NCBI GenBank assembly: GCA_028277625.1
Contig: JANQFW010000040.1
Coordinates: 3,036-67,035, forward strand
Source of the DNA: Candidatus Gastranaerophilales bacterium
Lineage (GTDB): Bacteria > Cyanobacteriota > Vampirovibrionia > Gastranaerophilales > JANQFW01
Direction: 5' to 3'
DNA: 64,000 bases
Shown: in pieces, positions 7,665-17,405 of the stretch
Position numbering within the stretch: the first letter of the stretch is position 1
Layout: each line of letters starts with the position of its first letter
Made by a program: the position numbers and the translations under genes
The notes under the pieces: model-generated
The model's database searches: none
What the model was told of the DNA's origin: nothing
The model's input: the letters and a program-made list of their open reading frames with translations, nothing else

Positions 7665-8870
7665 CTATGCACTTGTCGTAGATAGAGTATTATTATTGTG
7701 CTTCTCATAAATATATCTAGCGAAAGCTTCTAGTTGTAAATAATCTTCATCACTAGGGTACCCCTTAATTAAAACAGGATCGATAAATTCTGCCTGTAAA
7801 GAGAATAAAGTTGACTTTAACTGCTTCAAAACAGTAGTTCCCCATCCATAAGAACCAATTAAAGAAATATACTTAGTTTTTGGCTTAACAGCATTCAACA
7901 AGAAAGCTGCATTAGCCACAACAGGGTGCGCCCCACCAAGCACAGTTGATGTACCAAAAACAATTGTAGATGCATCAACCGCAGACTCAAGCAATTCGCC
8001 CATATCAGTAGTGATTAAGTTATAAGGCTTAACCACAAAGCCCTTCTTTACAAAACTGTTTATCAAATACTCAACCATCCCGGTTGTATTGCCGTACATA
8101 GATACATACGGGATAATTATTTCATTTTTCACATCATCAGATATCCAGTCTTGATAGGCGTTTATCATATGGTTAGGGTTTAAATTAACAGGCCCATGAC
8201 TAGCCGCCAATAGCTCAATATCATACTCAGATATAGTATTAAGATGCTTTTTAATGATCTTCCTAAATGGCATCATAATCTCAGCATAATATCTTTTAGC
8301 TGCATGCATATACTTAGCTTCGTTATTAGCAAACAACTCACTTGTAGAGTAATGAGAGCCGAATAAGTCACAAGTAAACATTATCTTATCTTCTTTTAGA
8401 TAAGTTAACATAGTATCAGGCCAGTGAACCCAAGGGGTTATAATAAACTCAAAAGTTCTATCCCCCAAAGACAAAGTATCTCTATCATTTATAACTATAA
8501 AGCGACTTTCATCAAAGAAGAACTGATCCTTGAGTATTTCTTTACATTTTGCATTTGTTACAATCTTCGCATTTGGATATACCTCCAAAACAGCAGGTAT
8601 ACATCCAGAATGATCCGGCTCTGCATGGTTTGCTATTATATAATCCAGCTTATCAACAGATAAGTTCTTAAGATTAGTTAATAACGTGTCTTTCTTAGGT
8701 GGATAAACAGTGTCAATCAACGCTGTTTTCTCCGATCCCTGTATTAAATATGAATTATATGAAGTACCGTCAGGCAATGGAATCAAAGCATCAAAAAGCT
8801 CTCTATCCCAATCAATAGCCCCAACGAAGAATATACCAGGTCTTATTTCTCTACTATCCAATTTTCCCAC
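7665..8870 (-). CDS. FprA-type flavodiiron protein (metallo-beta-lactamase-like diiron domain plus flavodoxin domain)
   Basis: 'IIANHAEPDHSG' is the diiron ligand motif. It also has 'ITPWVHWPDTM', 'CDLFGSH' and a C-terminal flavodoxin-like 'IIPYVSMYGNTTGM'. The start may be TTG at 8861 (AAGGAG plus 8 nt) rather than GTG at 8870. Confidence 0.85.
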   Translation of the reverse strand: MGKLDSREIRPGIFFVGAIDWDRELFDALIPLPDGTSYNSYLIQGSEKTALIDTVYPPKKDTLLTNLKNLSVDKLDYIIANHAEPDHSGCIPAVLEVYPNAKIVTNAKCKEILKDQFFFDESRFIVINDRDTLSLGDRTFEFIITPWVHWPDTMLTYLKEDKIMFTCDLFGSHYSTSELFANNEAKYMHAAKRYYAEIMMPFRKIIKKHLNTISEYDIELLAASHGPVNLNPNHMINAYQDWISDDVKNEIIIPYVSMYGNTTGMVEYLINSFVKKGFVVKPYNLITTDMGELLESAVDASTIVFGTSTVLGGAHPVVANAAFLLNAVKPKTKYISLIGSYGWGTTVLKQLKSTLFSLQAEFIDPVLIKGYPSDEDYLQLEAFARYIYEKHNNNTLSTTSA

Positions 8871-9026
8871 TCCTTGAGTAAAGTAAAAAATTTTATACTG
8901 CTCTTAAAAAAGTATTCTTAAGTTAGTATATGTCGTATACAATATAACACTCGCACTAGAATTTTTCAAATAATAAATGATTATAACTTAATAAAAAAAA
9001 TTTATATTAAATTTAATAAAATATTG

Positions 9027-10088
9027 CTAACAAATACCATTAAGTCTCAAATACTTACTTGCTGATATTTTATCAGATTCATTTAGTAGTGCTTGCCTGT
9101 TATTAATAACTTCCTCATTTGTTAAACTAAAATCGCTATCTTTATAAGGTATAGCAGACCTTGTATCCAATAAACCTTTCTCTAAATTATTTAATTCGTT
9201 TACTAAACACTTAAAATTCTTATAAGCAATTGTCCCGGATGTTTTTCTACCAACCGGCTTGGTTCTGCCAATATAAAGTCCAGCCTCCAACATGCCATTC
9301 CTAACAGCAGAGTTGGAACTATAAGTTGTCACATTTCCGCTATCAGATAATATTCTTTTATATTGGCTAAAAAAATTAACCGTCCATAATACTGGCACTT
9401 TTGATGCAGTAAACGGATCATGAAAAATAAAGTCATAACAAGGCTCTACCTGCTGTATAGAATACCTTGCATCGCATAGCCATAAATCAATATTTATGAT
9501 ATCGCTTTTATATTGAATCTTCTCGCCTATTTTGTTGCTTTCCGATTGGGGCGGATAATATATATTATGAACAAGGGGCTCTATTTCAACCTTATCCCTG
9601 TTATAATTATTTAAGATTTTTTTAAGCTGCTTAATTAGTCCAAAACCTACGCTCTGATCCCTCTCAAAAGTTACGTCATTTAAGATATCATTAATAGCGT
9701 CTCTTATAAGGGTAGATGCAAACATTACGGTTTTTAAAGCGTCTGTTACAAACTCCAGCTCATTTTCAATATTTACCAATAACGAATAAGCCAATACATA
9801 CGGATCATTTTCTAATATGCACAGATTTATCTTACAGTCTGGATTAAATTTTGAGATTTCAGCTATTGAAACCCTGCTGTTATAACCCAAACCATAACAA
9901 GTGTCTAAAATGCTAACTTCACTACTTTGTTTGCAGTGATCAATTATACCTGATGGCAGAGTATATTTATTTAATGCTTCTGTGTATGCACCTATCGAGC
10001 TATGATAAATATCTCCCACTTCTGTATTATATAAGCTAATTGAGCCGTCATGAGTGACAACAGGATAAAACTTCATGTCCATCTCCAC
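9027..10088 (-). CDS. MnmC-like (DUF752-type) SAM-dependent methyltransferase
   Basis: 'THDGSISLYNTEVGDIYHSSIGAYTEAL' and 'FIFHDPFTASKVPVLWTVNFF' resemble the conserved N-terminal and D-x-F-x-D-x-F...P-x-LW motifs of MnmC methyltransferase domains. Confidence 0.6.
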   Translation of the reverse strand: MEMDMKFYPVVTHDGSISLYNTEVGDIYHSSIGAYTEALNKYTLPSGIIDHCKQSSEVSILDTCYGLGYNSRVSIAEISKFNPDCKINLCILENDPYVLAYSLLVNIENELEFVTDALKTVMFASTLIRDAINDILNDVTFERDQSVGFGLIKQLKKILNNYNRDKVEIEPLVHNIYYPPQSESNKIGEKIQYKSDIINIDLWLCDARYSIQQVEPCYDFIFHDPFTASKVPVLWTVNFFSQYKRILSDSGNVTTYSSNSAVRNGMLEAGLYIGRTKPVGRKTSGTIAYKNFKCLVNELNNLEKGLLDTRSAIPYKDSDFSLTNEEVINNRQALLNESDKISASKYLRLNGIC

Positions 10089-10315
10089 ATTGTTTTACGT
10101 GTATACATATATATTGTACAAAAAATATTCCAGACTTAACAAAATAAGACGAAAGTTTCAATAAAATGATGCACGTGATAACTATAAATGTACACAATTA
10201 ATCTGACGTAAACTTATTATTTTTTCTTTTCAGTAAATAAAAAATAAAATGTTTGAATAGTTACGTAATATGCTATAATAACTTTACGATAAAAGTTAAT
10301 TTAGGATTTAAGCCA

Positions 10316-10930
10316 ATGAATACTCAAGACGTAAATATTTCTTTAACCAGTGATGAACATATTGAATACCTTATTAAACAAGCAGAAAAGGAACTATCAA
10401 AAATCAAACCGGAGATAGACTATTATGAAGAATGCCAAAGGAAATTACATGAACTTAAAACTCAAGAATTTAAACTTAAATCTTTAATAACTAGCTTAAG
10501 CAATATAAAAAATCTATTTGACACACAAAAAGATGGTGCATTAAATAACTTAAATATAGAACAAGAATCAATAGACAAAAGTATACAAACTTTTGCCCCT
10601 CCCAAACTCATAAAAAACGAAAATAAACGTGAAGTATTTATGCCGGACAAAGCAATTTATGAAGTTAAAAATAACTTAAGGACAAAAAACAATTTAAATT
10701 ATGAAATCTTTAAAGCAGTAGTATTTAACTCAGGCATTGCAACAACTGAAAAGATCAAAAATTATCTGATAGAAAACAACATTACCCAGCCAAAAACCGG
10801 TAAGACTTTTGAAGATGTTGAACTAAAAGAAATATCATCAAGAGCAAATTATTTAGTCAGAAAAGAGCTCTTAATCAGCACAGAGCCAGGTGTTTTTAGG
10901 TCCGTCTTGGGATGGGAAGAAATAAGCTAG
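10316..10930 (+). CDS. Hypothetical protein (coiled-coil N-half, possible winged-helix C-half)
   Basis: This is the ORF 10253..10930 from the track. The ATG at 10316 ('MNTQDV') is the first canonical start. No recognisable motif. Confidence 0.4.
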   Translation: MNTQDVNISLTSDEHIEYLIKQAEKELSKIKPEIDYYEECQRKLHELKTQEFKLKSLITSLSNIKNLFDTQKDGALNNLNIEQESIDKSIQTFAPPKLIKNENKREVFMPDKAIYEVKNNLRTKNNLNYEIFKAVVFNSGIATTEKIKNYLIENNITQPKTGKTFEDVELKEISSRANYLVRKELLISTEPGVFRSVLGWEEIS

Positions 10931-10981
10931 CCCATATACACAGACTAGCCCAAATCTTATCATAAAAATTTTAAGAAAAAA

Positions 10982-12973
10982 TTATTTTGAATAAACTCCT
11001 AACTTAGGAGTATTCTTTTCTTCTGCATACAACGCTTTTAATAAGTCCTTAAACTCTACAACTTTATACAAAAATGCAGTATAGAAAGATTTAGAAGCTG
11101 TACCCATCGCCAGCAAATCATCCATACCGGTATTAGCAGAATCATTTTCAAATATTTTGGTAAACTCGGTTAAATCTTTAAATACGCAACCGGTCAATAA
11201 TAAATTATTATCAAAGAGCTCCTCATGAAATTTAACATAGCTTTCAATTAAAACAGAGGCATTCTCTCGGATACGATCAATATTAAACTCTCTCATGTCC
11301 TGTGCTAAGTCATCTAACAAGCCTTGAGCGCATTCTAGCGCATTTTTAGCCAGCGGCTCAAATGCTTCAATATCTTCTATCATCAGACCTATGTTGCATT
11401 TTATTTCATCATAAGAATCTCTTATAGGGTTTGACTCAACCGAAGAAGATTTGGCCACCTGCGCAGAAACATTCATACTTAACTTGCACATAGATGCCAG
11501 CTTTTCTTCCAGATTTATATTTTCAAACCCGTTAATAACTGCACCCCTCGGAGATGCATTATAAAATTTAATACCCGCATTACTTTTGTCATAGGCAAAT
11601 TGCTCAAAAAACTTTATAAAACTTTCATAATTAACATTAGAAGGTATCAAATCACCATTTTGTCCCTTAACAAAAGTAAGACCATTCATTAATTCTTGGC
11701 GTTTACGAGTAAGTAAAGCTTCTTCTGACAAGACAGAATCATCAGATTTATAATGCTTTAAAAACTTCTCTTTGTCTTCAATTTTTACATAGTACTTGCC
11801 GCCATTTTTTTCTTCTTTTCCTTTTAAAAGCTTCAAGCCGGAATAAGGACTACTTGCTGAATAACACTTACCGTCAGTAAATGCCAGGTCTAAGCCTAAA
11901 TTAATAATAGGGTTGCAACCCATCATATACGCTGAATACATTGCACAGTATGAAACATTTCCTTTGTTTTCATAATCATCAATGGAGAAGTCAGCAATTT
12001 TAGAAAGCCATTTAGCAAAAATGTCGTTATTACTGTAAAAGGCAAATTTATTTTTCCAATTTAATTTAAATACGTTATTGTTTGCAATAGGCTGGGCAAT
12101 AAGATTAATGTCAGAAATATCTAAATCTTTAAGCTGGTTAGTATTATCATAAACCTCAATAAAATTAATAAAATCAGGTTTTATGCCATATTTAGCAAGT
12201 GTTTTATAGGAATTACCAACTGCAATAATTATCACATAGTCCTTATACTTTGCCAAAGCTTGAACAGTCTCGTCCAACGATGGACCAGATGAAACAACAA
12301 CAGCAGGAATATCTTTAAAAGCATTTCTTAGAACATTTATGTCGTTTGACTGTTTAAGGATAGGCAGATTCTTTACACCCTCTCTCACCCACTCATAAGA
12401 CTTTTCAAATAGGCAAAGATAATTAGATTCCAAGTGATTTTTAATTTTTTCAGTTTCTTGCTGCAAATCTTTTACAAATTCAGAATACAAGGTATGGCAC
12501 GAGCCTAAACCGGCAAGGTTTAAAATAGCTTGATATGAATAGACTCCATCTAAAAATTTTATTAACTCTGTTTTAGAGTTTGCAACAAAAACTTTTTCAT
12601 TTGAAAACTCTTGCGAAAAATCAACAACTTCCAGCGTAAACCTGAGAAAGTCTAAGTTTGGCTCATATATTATTATACTGCCTTTAGAGCTTAATGTTAG
12701 CCTTTTAAATAAATACCCTAAACCCAAGCCGATCAAAATAGTTACAGAAGACTCAGAAGAATCTTTTAACTGATTAAAAATATTCATAGCTTCTTTTTGC
12801 GGGTCATTATTATCGTGAATTAAAACCCCTTTATATAAAAGATTAGTATCACCTGACTCTGCTTCAACAAATTCAAAGGTAGCACTGTCGTCAAATACAT
12901 GATTAACTATTTTATCCGCCAAGTTAGGATTATATTTTCTTATTTGTAAAATATTATTTTCAAAAATACTCAT
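10982..12973 (-). CDS. Maf-like (motility-associated-factor type, DUF115/MptE-like) glycosyltransferase family protein
   Basis: 663 aa. The N-terminus is 'IFENNILQIRKYNPNLADKI'. The central 'PAVVVSSGPSLDETV...VIIIAVGNSYKTLAKYGIKPDFINFIE' matches the DUF115 core. Size and layout are typical of Maf proteins. Confidence 0.65.
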   Translation of the reverse strand: MSIFENNILQIRKYNPNLADKIVNHVFDDSATFEFVEAESGDTNLLYKGVLIHDNNDPQKEAMNIFNQLKDSSESSVTILIGLGLGYLFKRLTLSSKGSIIIYEPNLDFLRFTLEVVDFSQEFSNEKVFVANSKTELIKFLDGVYSYQAILNLAGLGSCHTLYSEFVKDLQQETEKIKNHLESNYLCLFEKSYEWVREGVKNLPILKQSNDINVLRNAFKDIPAVVVSSGPSLDETVQALAKYKDYVIIIAVGNSYKTLAKYGIKPDFINFIEVYDNTNQLKDLDISDINLIAQPIANNNVFKLNWKNKFAFYSNNDIFAKWLSKIADFSIDDYENKGNVSYCAMYSAYMMGCNPIINLGLDLAFTDGKCYSASSPYSGLKLLKGKEEKNGGKYYVKIEDKEKFLKHYKSDDSVLSEEALLTRKRQELMNGLTFVKGQNGDLIPSNVNYESFIKFFEQFAYDKSNAGIKFYNASPRGAVINGFENINLEEKLASMCKLSMNVSAQVAKSSSVESNPIRDSYDEIKCNIGLMIEDIEAFEPLAKNALECAQGLLDDLAQDMREFNIDRIRENASVLIESYVKFHEELFDNNLLLTGCVFKDLTEFTKIFENDSANTGMDDLLAMGTASKSFYTAFLYKVVEFKDLLKALYAEEKNTPKLGVYSK

Positions 12974-13164
12974 TCTTCTCTATCTCCTCCCCACTCTGCT
13001 TTATATAATAGCCTATTTAAAACTATATGTCTATTATAAAGAAAATTGATAACAACTTAAAAAATTAATGGGCTTAATAATATTCAATAAATGATTGAAT
13101 AAAAATATTATTTTACTTATATTTTAAATTGATTATTTAAATAAAAAGAGAGTAAATGTACAAT

Positions 13165-14880
13165 ATGAGAGTTACAGGTATAAACTATAATCAATACAGC
13201 AAGAGCAAGTCCAACAAGAAAAAAGAAAATAGCACAAATAATTTAACTAACAACAATATAACGATTCAAGGCAATGCAATGCTAGGATTAGAGAACGCAA
13301 ATAAGGCAATGTTGAGCTTAAAGAACAAGCTATCTTTCAAGGGAGACATTAAAAATCATGTAGGTGATAACTCATTTCTACAAGGGTTTAAACATAAACG
13401 GCTAAAAAGAGACAATATAACAGCAAACTCTTTATCAATACTATACTGCGATGCAAACGAAATTAAGGTAAAAAGACAAGTAATATTAGCGCATAGTCAT
13501 GCAAAAAAAATTACTGCAAATAAAGTAATCTTAACGGAAGAATCCTCGGCAGATAAAATTAATGCTGAAAAAGTTGTAGTAAAAGACTTCTGTCCAGTCG
13601 AATGGTGCCCTGATGAATTTAGAGAAGAAAGCAGTTATGCAAAAAAAATTGAGGCCGATAAAGTTTTGATATCTAATGGAGCTAGTGCAGATGTAATCAA
13701 TGCCCAAAAGGTCAAGTTAAAAGGCTCTAACTCTGAGGCCACAAATATAAAGTGTGACGAAATAACACTAATTAATAGGCGGCTTCTGGATGAAATTAAG
13801 CGTAAGCAAAAGAAAATTGAAGCTAATAAAGTTATTTTATTGAATTCTGATATTTTTGAAGATATAACGATAACCGAAAAGAACACCCCAAAGCTTGAAA
13901 TAACTGGTGATAGTATAGTTTTAGGAAAAATTATATTTAAAAATGCACCTGGTCTAGTCACCCTCACTCCAAATGAGCGTGGGGTGCATCCTCATATTGA
14001 TAAAAACAATGTTGAAAATGGAAAAGTAGTTATAAAGGGTGAAAGATTAAACATAAACAATAGTCAAAAAGAAAAAATAGATGTACATGAAATTAACGGT
14101 ACAACTTCTATTGGCGTAGAAGGAAATATAGAAGCTAACTTGCTAGATGCACCATTTGTTTCAATGAGGGGCAAATCCAGTACAGACCTAATAAAAGCTC
14201 ATACGATTGAATTATATGGAGATGAGAAAGGAAAAGCCTACGCAAAAGACATAGATGCCAAAGACGTTAGCATATACGGCGGTACAGCAACTAGAATTAA
14301 AGCGGAAGACTCAATAGAATTGTCTGAAGGCTCAATGGTTAAAAAAAATATTACAATGACAGGAAAGGAAAACCCTACAATTGAGCTCATTGGCAAAAAT
14401 ATATCATTAAAAGGCAAGATTTTATTTGACTCTAAAGCTAAAGATGCCCAAGTTATCATACACATGGATGAAAATGGCGACTATACAACTATAGATGAAG
14501 ATAAAGTTCAAAATGGAGTAATCATCTATAACAAAGATATTCAAGGTCTTAATATAAACTTAAAGGGAACTAAAAAAGTAGACAACATTAGCGCATTAAA
14601 TAATGCTGAATTAGCCAACCAAGTTTTTGCTAAAAGAATCACCGCTAAAAACTCTGTTAAGCTATCTGATAGTGCAACAGTCGAAGATGGCATAACAATG
14701 AACGGCAAAAAAAATCCAACGGTTAATATAACCGGCAACGACGTAACTGTTAATGGAAAAGTTGTATTCCCACCAGGTGCTAAAAATGCTCAAGTTGTCA
14801 TACCGCCTGACTATCCTGAGGAGAAAAAACAAGAGCTAAAAAGCAACATTGAGAATGGAAAAGTTGTTGTAAGCAAGTAA
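13165..14880 (+). CDS. BH1: beta-helix-repeat protein of the local six-member family (bactofilin-like repeats), three repeat-plus-cap units
   Basis: The family-type start 'MRVTGINYNQY' at ATG 13165 is preferred over the track start at 13156. It has 'LSFKG', repeats such as 'AKKITANKVILTEESSADKINAEKVVVKD', and cap modules at about 13861-14040, 14344-14535 and 14689-14877 ending 'IENGKVVVSK*'. Confidence 0.8.
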   Translation: MRVTGINYNQYSKSKSNKKKENSTNNLTNNNITIQGNAMLGLENANKAMLSLKNKLSFKGDIKNHVGDNSFLQGFKHKRLKRDNITANSLSILYCDANEIKVKRQVILAHSHAKKITANKVILTEESSADKINAEKVVVKDFCPVEWCPDEFREESSYAKKIEADKVLISNGASADVINAQKVKLKGSNSEATNIKCDEITLINRRLLDEIKRKQKKIEANKVILLNSDIFEDITITEKNTPKLEITGDSIVLGKIIFKNAPGLVTLTPNERGVHPHIDKNNVENGKVVIKGERLNINNSQKEKIDVHEINGTTSIGVEGNIEANLLDAPFVSMRGKSSTDLIKAHTIELYGDEKGKAYAKDIDAKDVSIYGGTATRIKAEDSIELSEGSMVKKNITMTGKENPTIELIGKNISLKGKILFDSKAKDAQVIIHMDENGDYTTIDEDKVQNGVIIYNKDIQGLNINLKGTKKVDNISALNNAELANQVFAKRITAKNSVKLSDSATVEDGITMNGKKNPTVNITGNDVTVNGKVVFPPGAKNAQVVIPPDYPEEKKQELKSNIENGKVVVSK

Positions 14881-15032
14881 ATTATATTATTATTGAAGAG
14901 TTAATTACTCTCTAAATCCATAGAGAATAAAATTATACTTTTTTATATTTTTATTTTATATTATATTTTGTGATTAATAAAATATAAAAGAGAAATTATG
15001 AAAATATCAGGAAATCAAGCTATTATCTGCGA

Positions 15033-15857
15033 TTAATTTACATACTTAGGATTTATTTCTTTTATCTGCGATAAATTAACTAAATAGTTTACTGCAGAAT
15101 TAAACCAATCATGCTTGTTCAAAAATACTTGATACTCCTCAAGATCCTCAGTATCTTCACATATTGAGATAGCTACGCCGGATAAAATATTCTTTTCATT
15201 ATCATCTGCAGCTTTTTTTAAAATAATTTCAATAAGTTCATCAATATCTTTAGGCCTGTTATTTAGAATATTCAATTCTTTACATGCCAATTGAAATGCC
15301 TCTGTGGCAAAAACTCCTGCTTTTTCCAGATTATATGCCTTCAACTCCTCTTTGCTCCAATCATAGAACATGTATGAGCACACAGAGCTATCAAAGTTAC
15401 TTATAAATTCCTTTTCTTCATACCCTCTTGCTATTGCTTGAGATACCAGCGAATTATAAGCAAACTCATGTTTCTCTGATTTTACAACATGCAGCGTTAG
15501 TCTGCTATCAATTTGCTTTGTACACATATTTAATTCTTTTATCAAGTCATAACCGTCAATTTCTCTAAATTGCCTTAATTTATACTTAATTTTAGTCATT
15601 AACTTATTTTCAACCTTCCCCAACTTTCGGTCAACTCTAGTATTCAAGAGTTGCGAAATATTGCTGAGCGAATCCAACAAATTATTTAAGCTATAAAAAA
15701 ACAGCGTATTCTTGTTATTAATATTTTGAAACCTAACATCCGAGTTCATTAAATTAATAGATATTAAAGAAAACTCGCACTGTATCTTTAACTCCTCAAG
15801 AAATAAATAAAACAATTTATTTTCTTTTTCGGTTTCTATCCCCACACTCACATTCAA
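15033..15857 (-). CDS. Hypothetical protein, 274 aa
   Basis: Long ORF with native-looking composition and a TTG start. No recognisable motif. Confidence 0.45.
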   Translation of the reverse strand: MNVSVGIETEKENKLFYLFLEELKIQCEFSLISINLMNSDVRFQNINNKNTLFFYSLNNLLDSLSNISQLLNTRVDRKLGKVENKLMTKIKYKLRQFREIDGYDLIKELNMCTKQIDSRLTLHVVKSEKHEFAYNSLVSQAIARGYEEKEFISNFDSSVCSYMFYDWSKEELKAYNLEKAGVFATEAFQLACKELNILNNRPKDIDELIEIILKKAADDNEKNILSGVAISICEDTEDLEEYQVFLNKHDWFNSAVNYLVNLSQIKEINPKYVN

Positions 15858-16037
15858 ATTCCTATTTTAATATATGTATTTCTCATCCCTTATACTAAAT
15901 TACTTTGTTTTGTTAGAAATATCAACTAAAATATATTAATTTATTAAATAATATTAACTATGCTAAACTTTAAATAGTCTTAAATTTAATTTTGAGAAGT
16001 GTAAATATAGCAATTTTTAAATCAATTATCACTTTAT

Positions 16038-16868
16038 ATGAATATAGGGAATAATACAGGAAGATTTGCAAGTATGACAACAATTAGTCCATACTGGACA
16101 CCAGTTGAATTTCCTGCGGCTGTGAGCAAAAATGCACAAACAATCGTAGATGATAGCGGTAATAATCAAAAGAGTCAAGCAGCAAGCGTCAACCTAATTG
16201 GAGCAGACGCAGCTCAAGCATTAAAAGCAAACTTAAATATCAAGCCTAGAAAAATTGACCAATTCAGAGAAAAAGAAATTGAAGATATAAAGCCTTTAAT
16301 TCTAGGAGTTTTAGGAGCCAGGCATTCTGCAACCAGGCAGCACTCAATGGGAGTAGCAATGTATACAAGAGAATTCTGCAAATCCCTGGGTTTGCCAACA
16401 GAAAAGATTAAAAAAATAGAAATGGGTGCACTATGCCATGACATTGGCAAAATATCACTACCTGACGACTTTTTTAACCAGAAAAATTTGACCCCTACTG
16501 TAAAGTGCGTATACAAAAGTCATCCAGTACAGAGTTATAATATTTTAAGCAGAGTTGCACCTTTAAGTAAAAATATTGCACTTATCGCAAAGTGTCATCA
16601 CGAAAAATATGATGGCACAGGATATCCGGAAGGATTAAAAGGCAATCAAATACCTATAGGAGCACGGATTGTTGCCGTTGCCGATGCTTTTGATTCAATG
16701 ACAAGAAAAAAATACCCTAAACAAAAAGTAAAAACTTTTGAGGAAGCAATTAAGGTAATAAGAGAGAATAGAAGTGGACAGTGGGATCCTGCTTTGACTG
16801 AACCATTTATCAGAGTCATTACAGCAGATAGTAATCAGTTATACAAAAAAGTATTATTTAGCACATAA
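16038..16868 (+). CDS. HD-GYP domain protein (predicted c-di-GMP phosphodiesterase), catalytic motifs intact
   Basis: 'RQHSMGVA', 'LCHDIGKISLP', 'KSHPVQS' and 'CHHEKYDGTGYPEGLKGNQIPIGARIVAVADAFDSM'. Confidence 0.85.
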   Translation: MNIGNNTGRFASMTTISPYWTPVEFPAAVSKNAQTIVDDSGNNQKSQAASVNLIGADAAQALKANLNIKPRKIDQFREKEIEDIKPLILGVLGARHSATRQHSMGVAMYTREFCKSLGLPTEKIKKIEMGALCHDIGKISLPDDFFNQKNLTPTVKCVYKSHPVQSYNILSRVAPLSKNIALIAKCHHEKYDGTGYPEGLKGNQIPIGARIVAVADAFDSMTRKKYPKQKVKTFEEAIKVIRENRSGQWDPALTEPFIRVITADSNQLYKKVLFST

Positions 16869-17015
16869 AATAAGCTACAAGGGACTTTTTGCCCTATTTT
16901 TCCTCACATTTGTAAACAAATGTTAAATTAGTATATACTTATGCAATACCCTAAGATATATTGTTTTTATATATACAGAGTGTGTAAGAAAAGTAAAAAG
17001 AATGAGGATAAAGCA

Positions 17016-17231
17016 ATGGCAGTAGGAGCAAGCAACAATTATGATCAGTGCATAGTGGATACATATAAAGAGATGCAAACTTACAATGAAAACCTAGAAA
17101 GTAAAGTTGATCCAGAAAAAATTATGCAAACAATTTCTATAGTAGGCTACAACAATAAATTATTTTTTGAAGTACAACAAAACCTAGGCATCAGAAAGGG
17201 CGACTTAAATTTAATAAAAAATATTGCATAA
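17016..17231 (+). CDS. Small hypothetical protein (71 aa from the internal ATG)
   Basis: The ATG at 17016 is preceded by 'gaggataaagca'. The track ORF starts at 16941. A clean terminator follows. Confidence 0.35.
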   Translation: MAVGASNNYDQCIVDTYKEMQTYNENLESKVDPEKIMQTISIVGYNNKLFFEVQQNLGIRKGDLNLIKNIA

Positions 17232-17302
17232 TTTTTCTAAAAAAAAATTAATAAGAACAATTAATCTTAATGCCAATAATAAACTAAACTGACTTTGTAT
17301 TT

Positions 17303-17332
17303 ACTGACTTTTTAACAGAAGTCAGTTTTTTT
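17303..17332 (+). terminator. Rho-independent terminator
   Basis: 'actgactt' pairs with 'aagtcagt' around an 8-nt loop, followed by 'ttttttt'. Confidence 0.7.
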
Positions 17333-17361
17333 ATGAATTTTCAATAAATATTACTATTCAA

Positions 17362-17405
17362 AAAGGATAAAAAACAAATATTATGTAAGTTATTTGCAAT
17401 TAAGG
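17362..17405 (+). promoter_or_regulatory. Copy 3 of the ~40-nt conserved motif, overlapping the coaX stop codon
   Basis: 'aaaggataaaaaacaaatattatgtaagttatttgcaattaagg'; see 5321..5363. Confidence 0.3.

Noticed and set aside
14998-15036. A 12-codon ORF 'MKISGNQAIICD*' with a BH-like RBS ('aaagag') and a BH-like start, about 115 nt after BH1.
   Set aside because: It could be the relic 5' end of another BH paralog truncated by the convergent gene 15033-15857. It is too short to distinguish from chance in AT-rich DNA.
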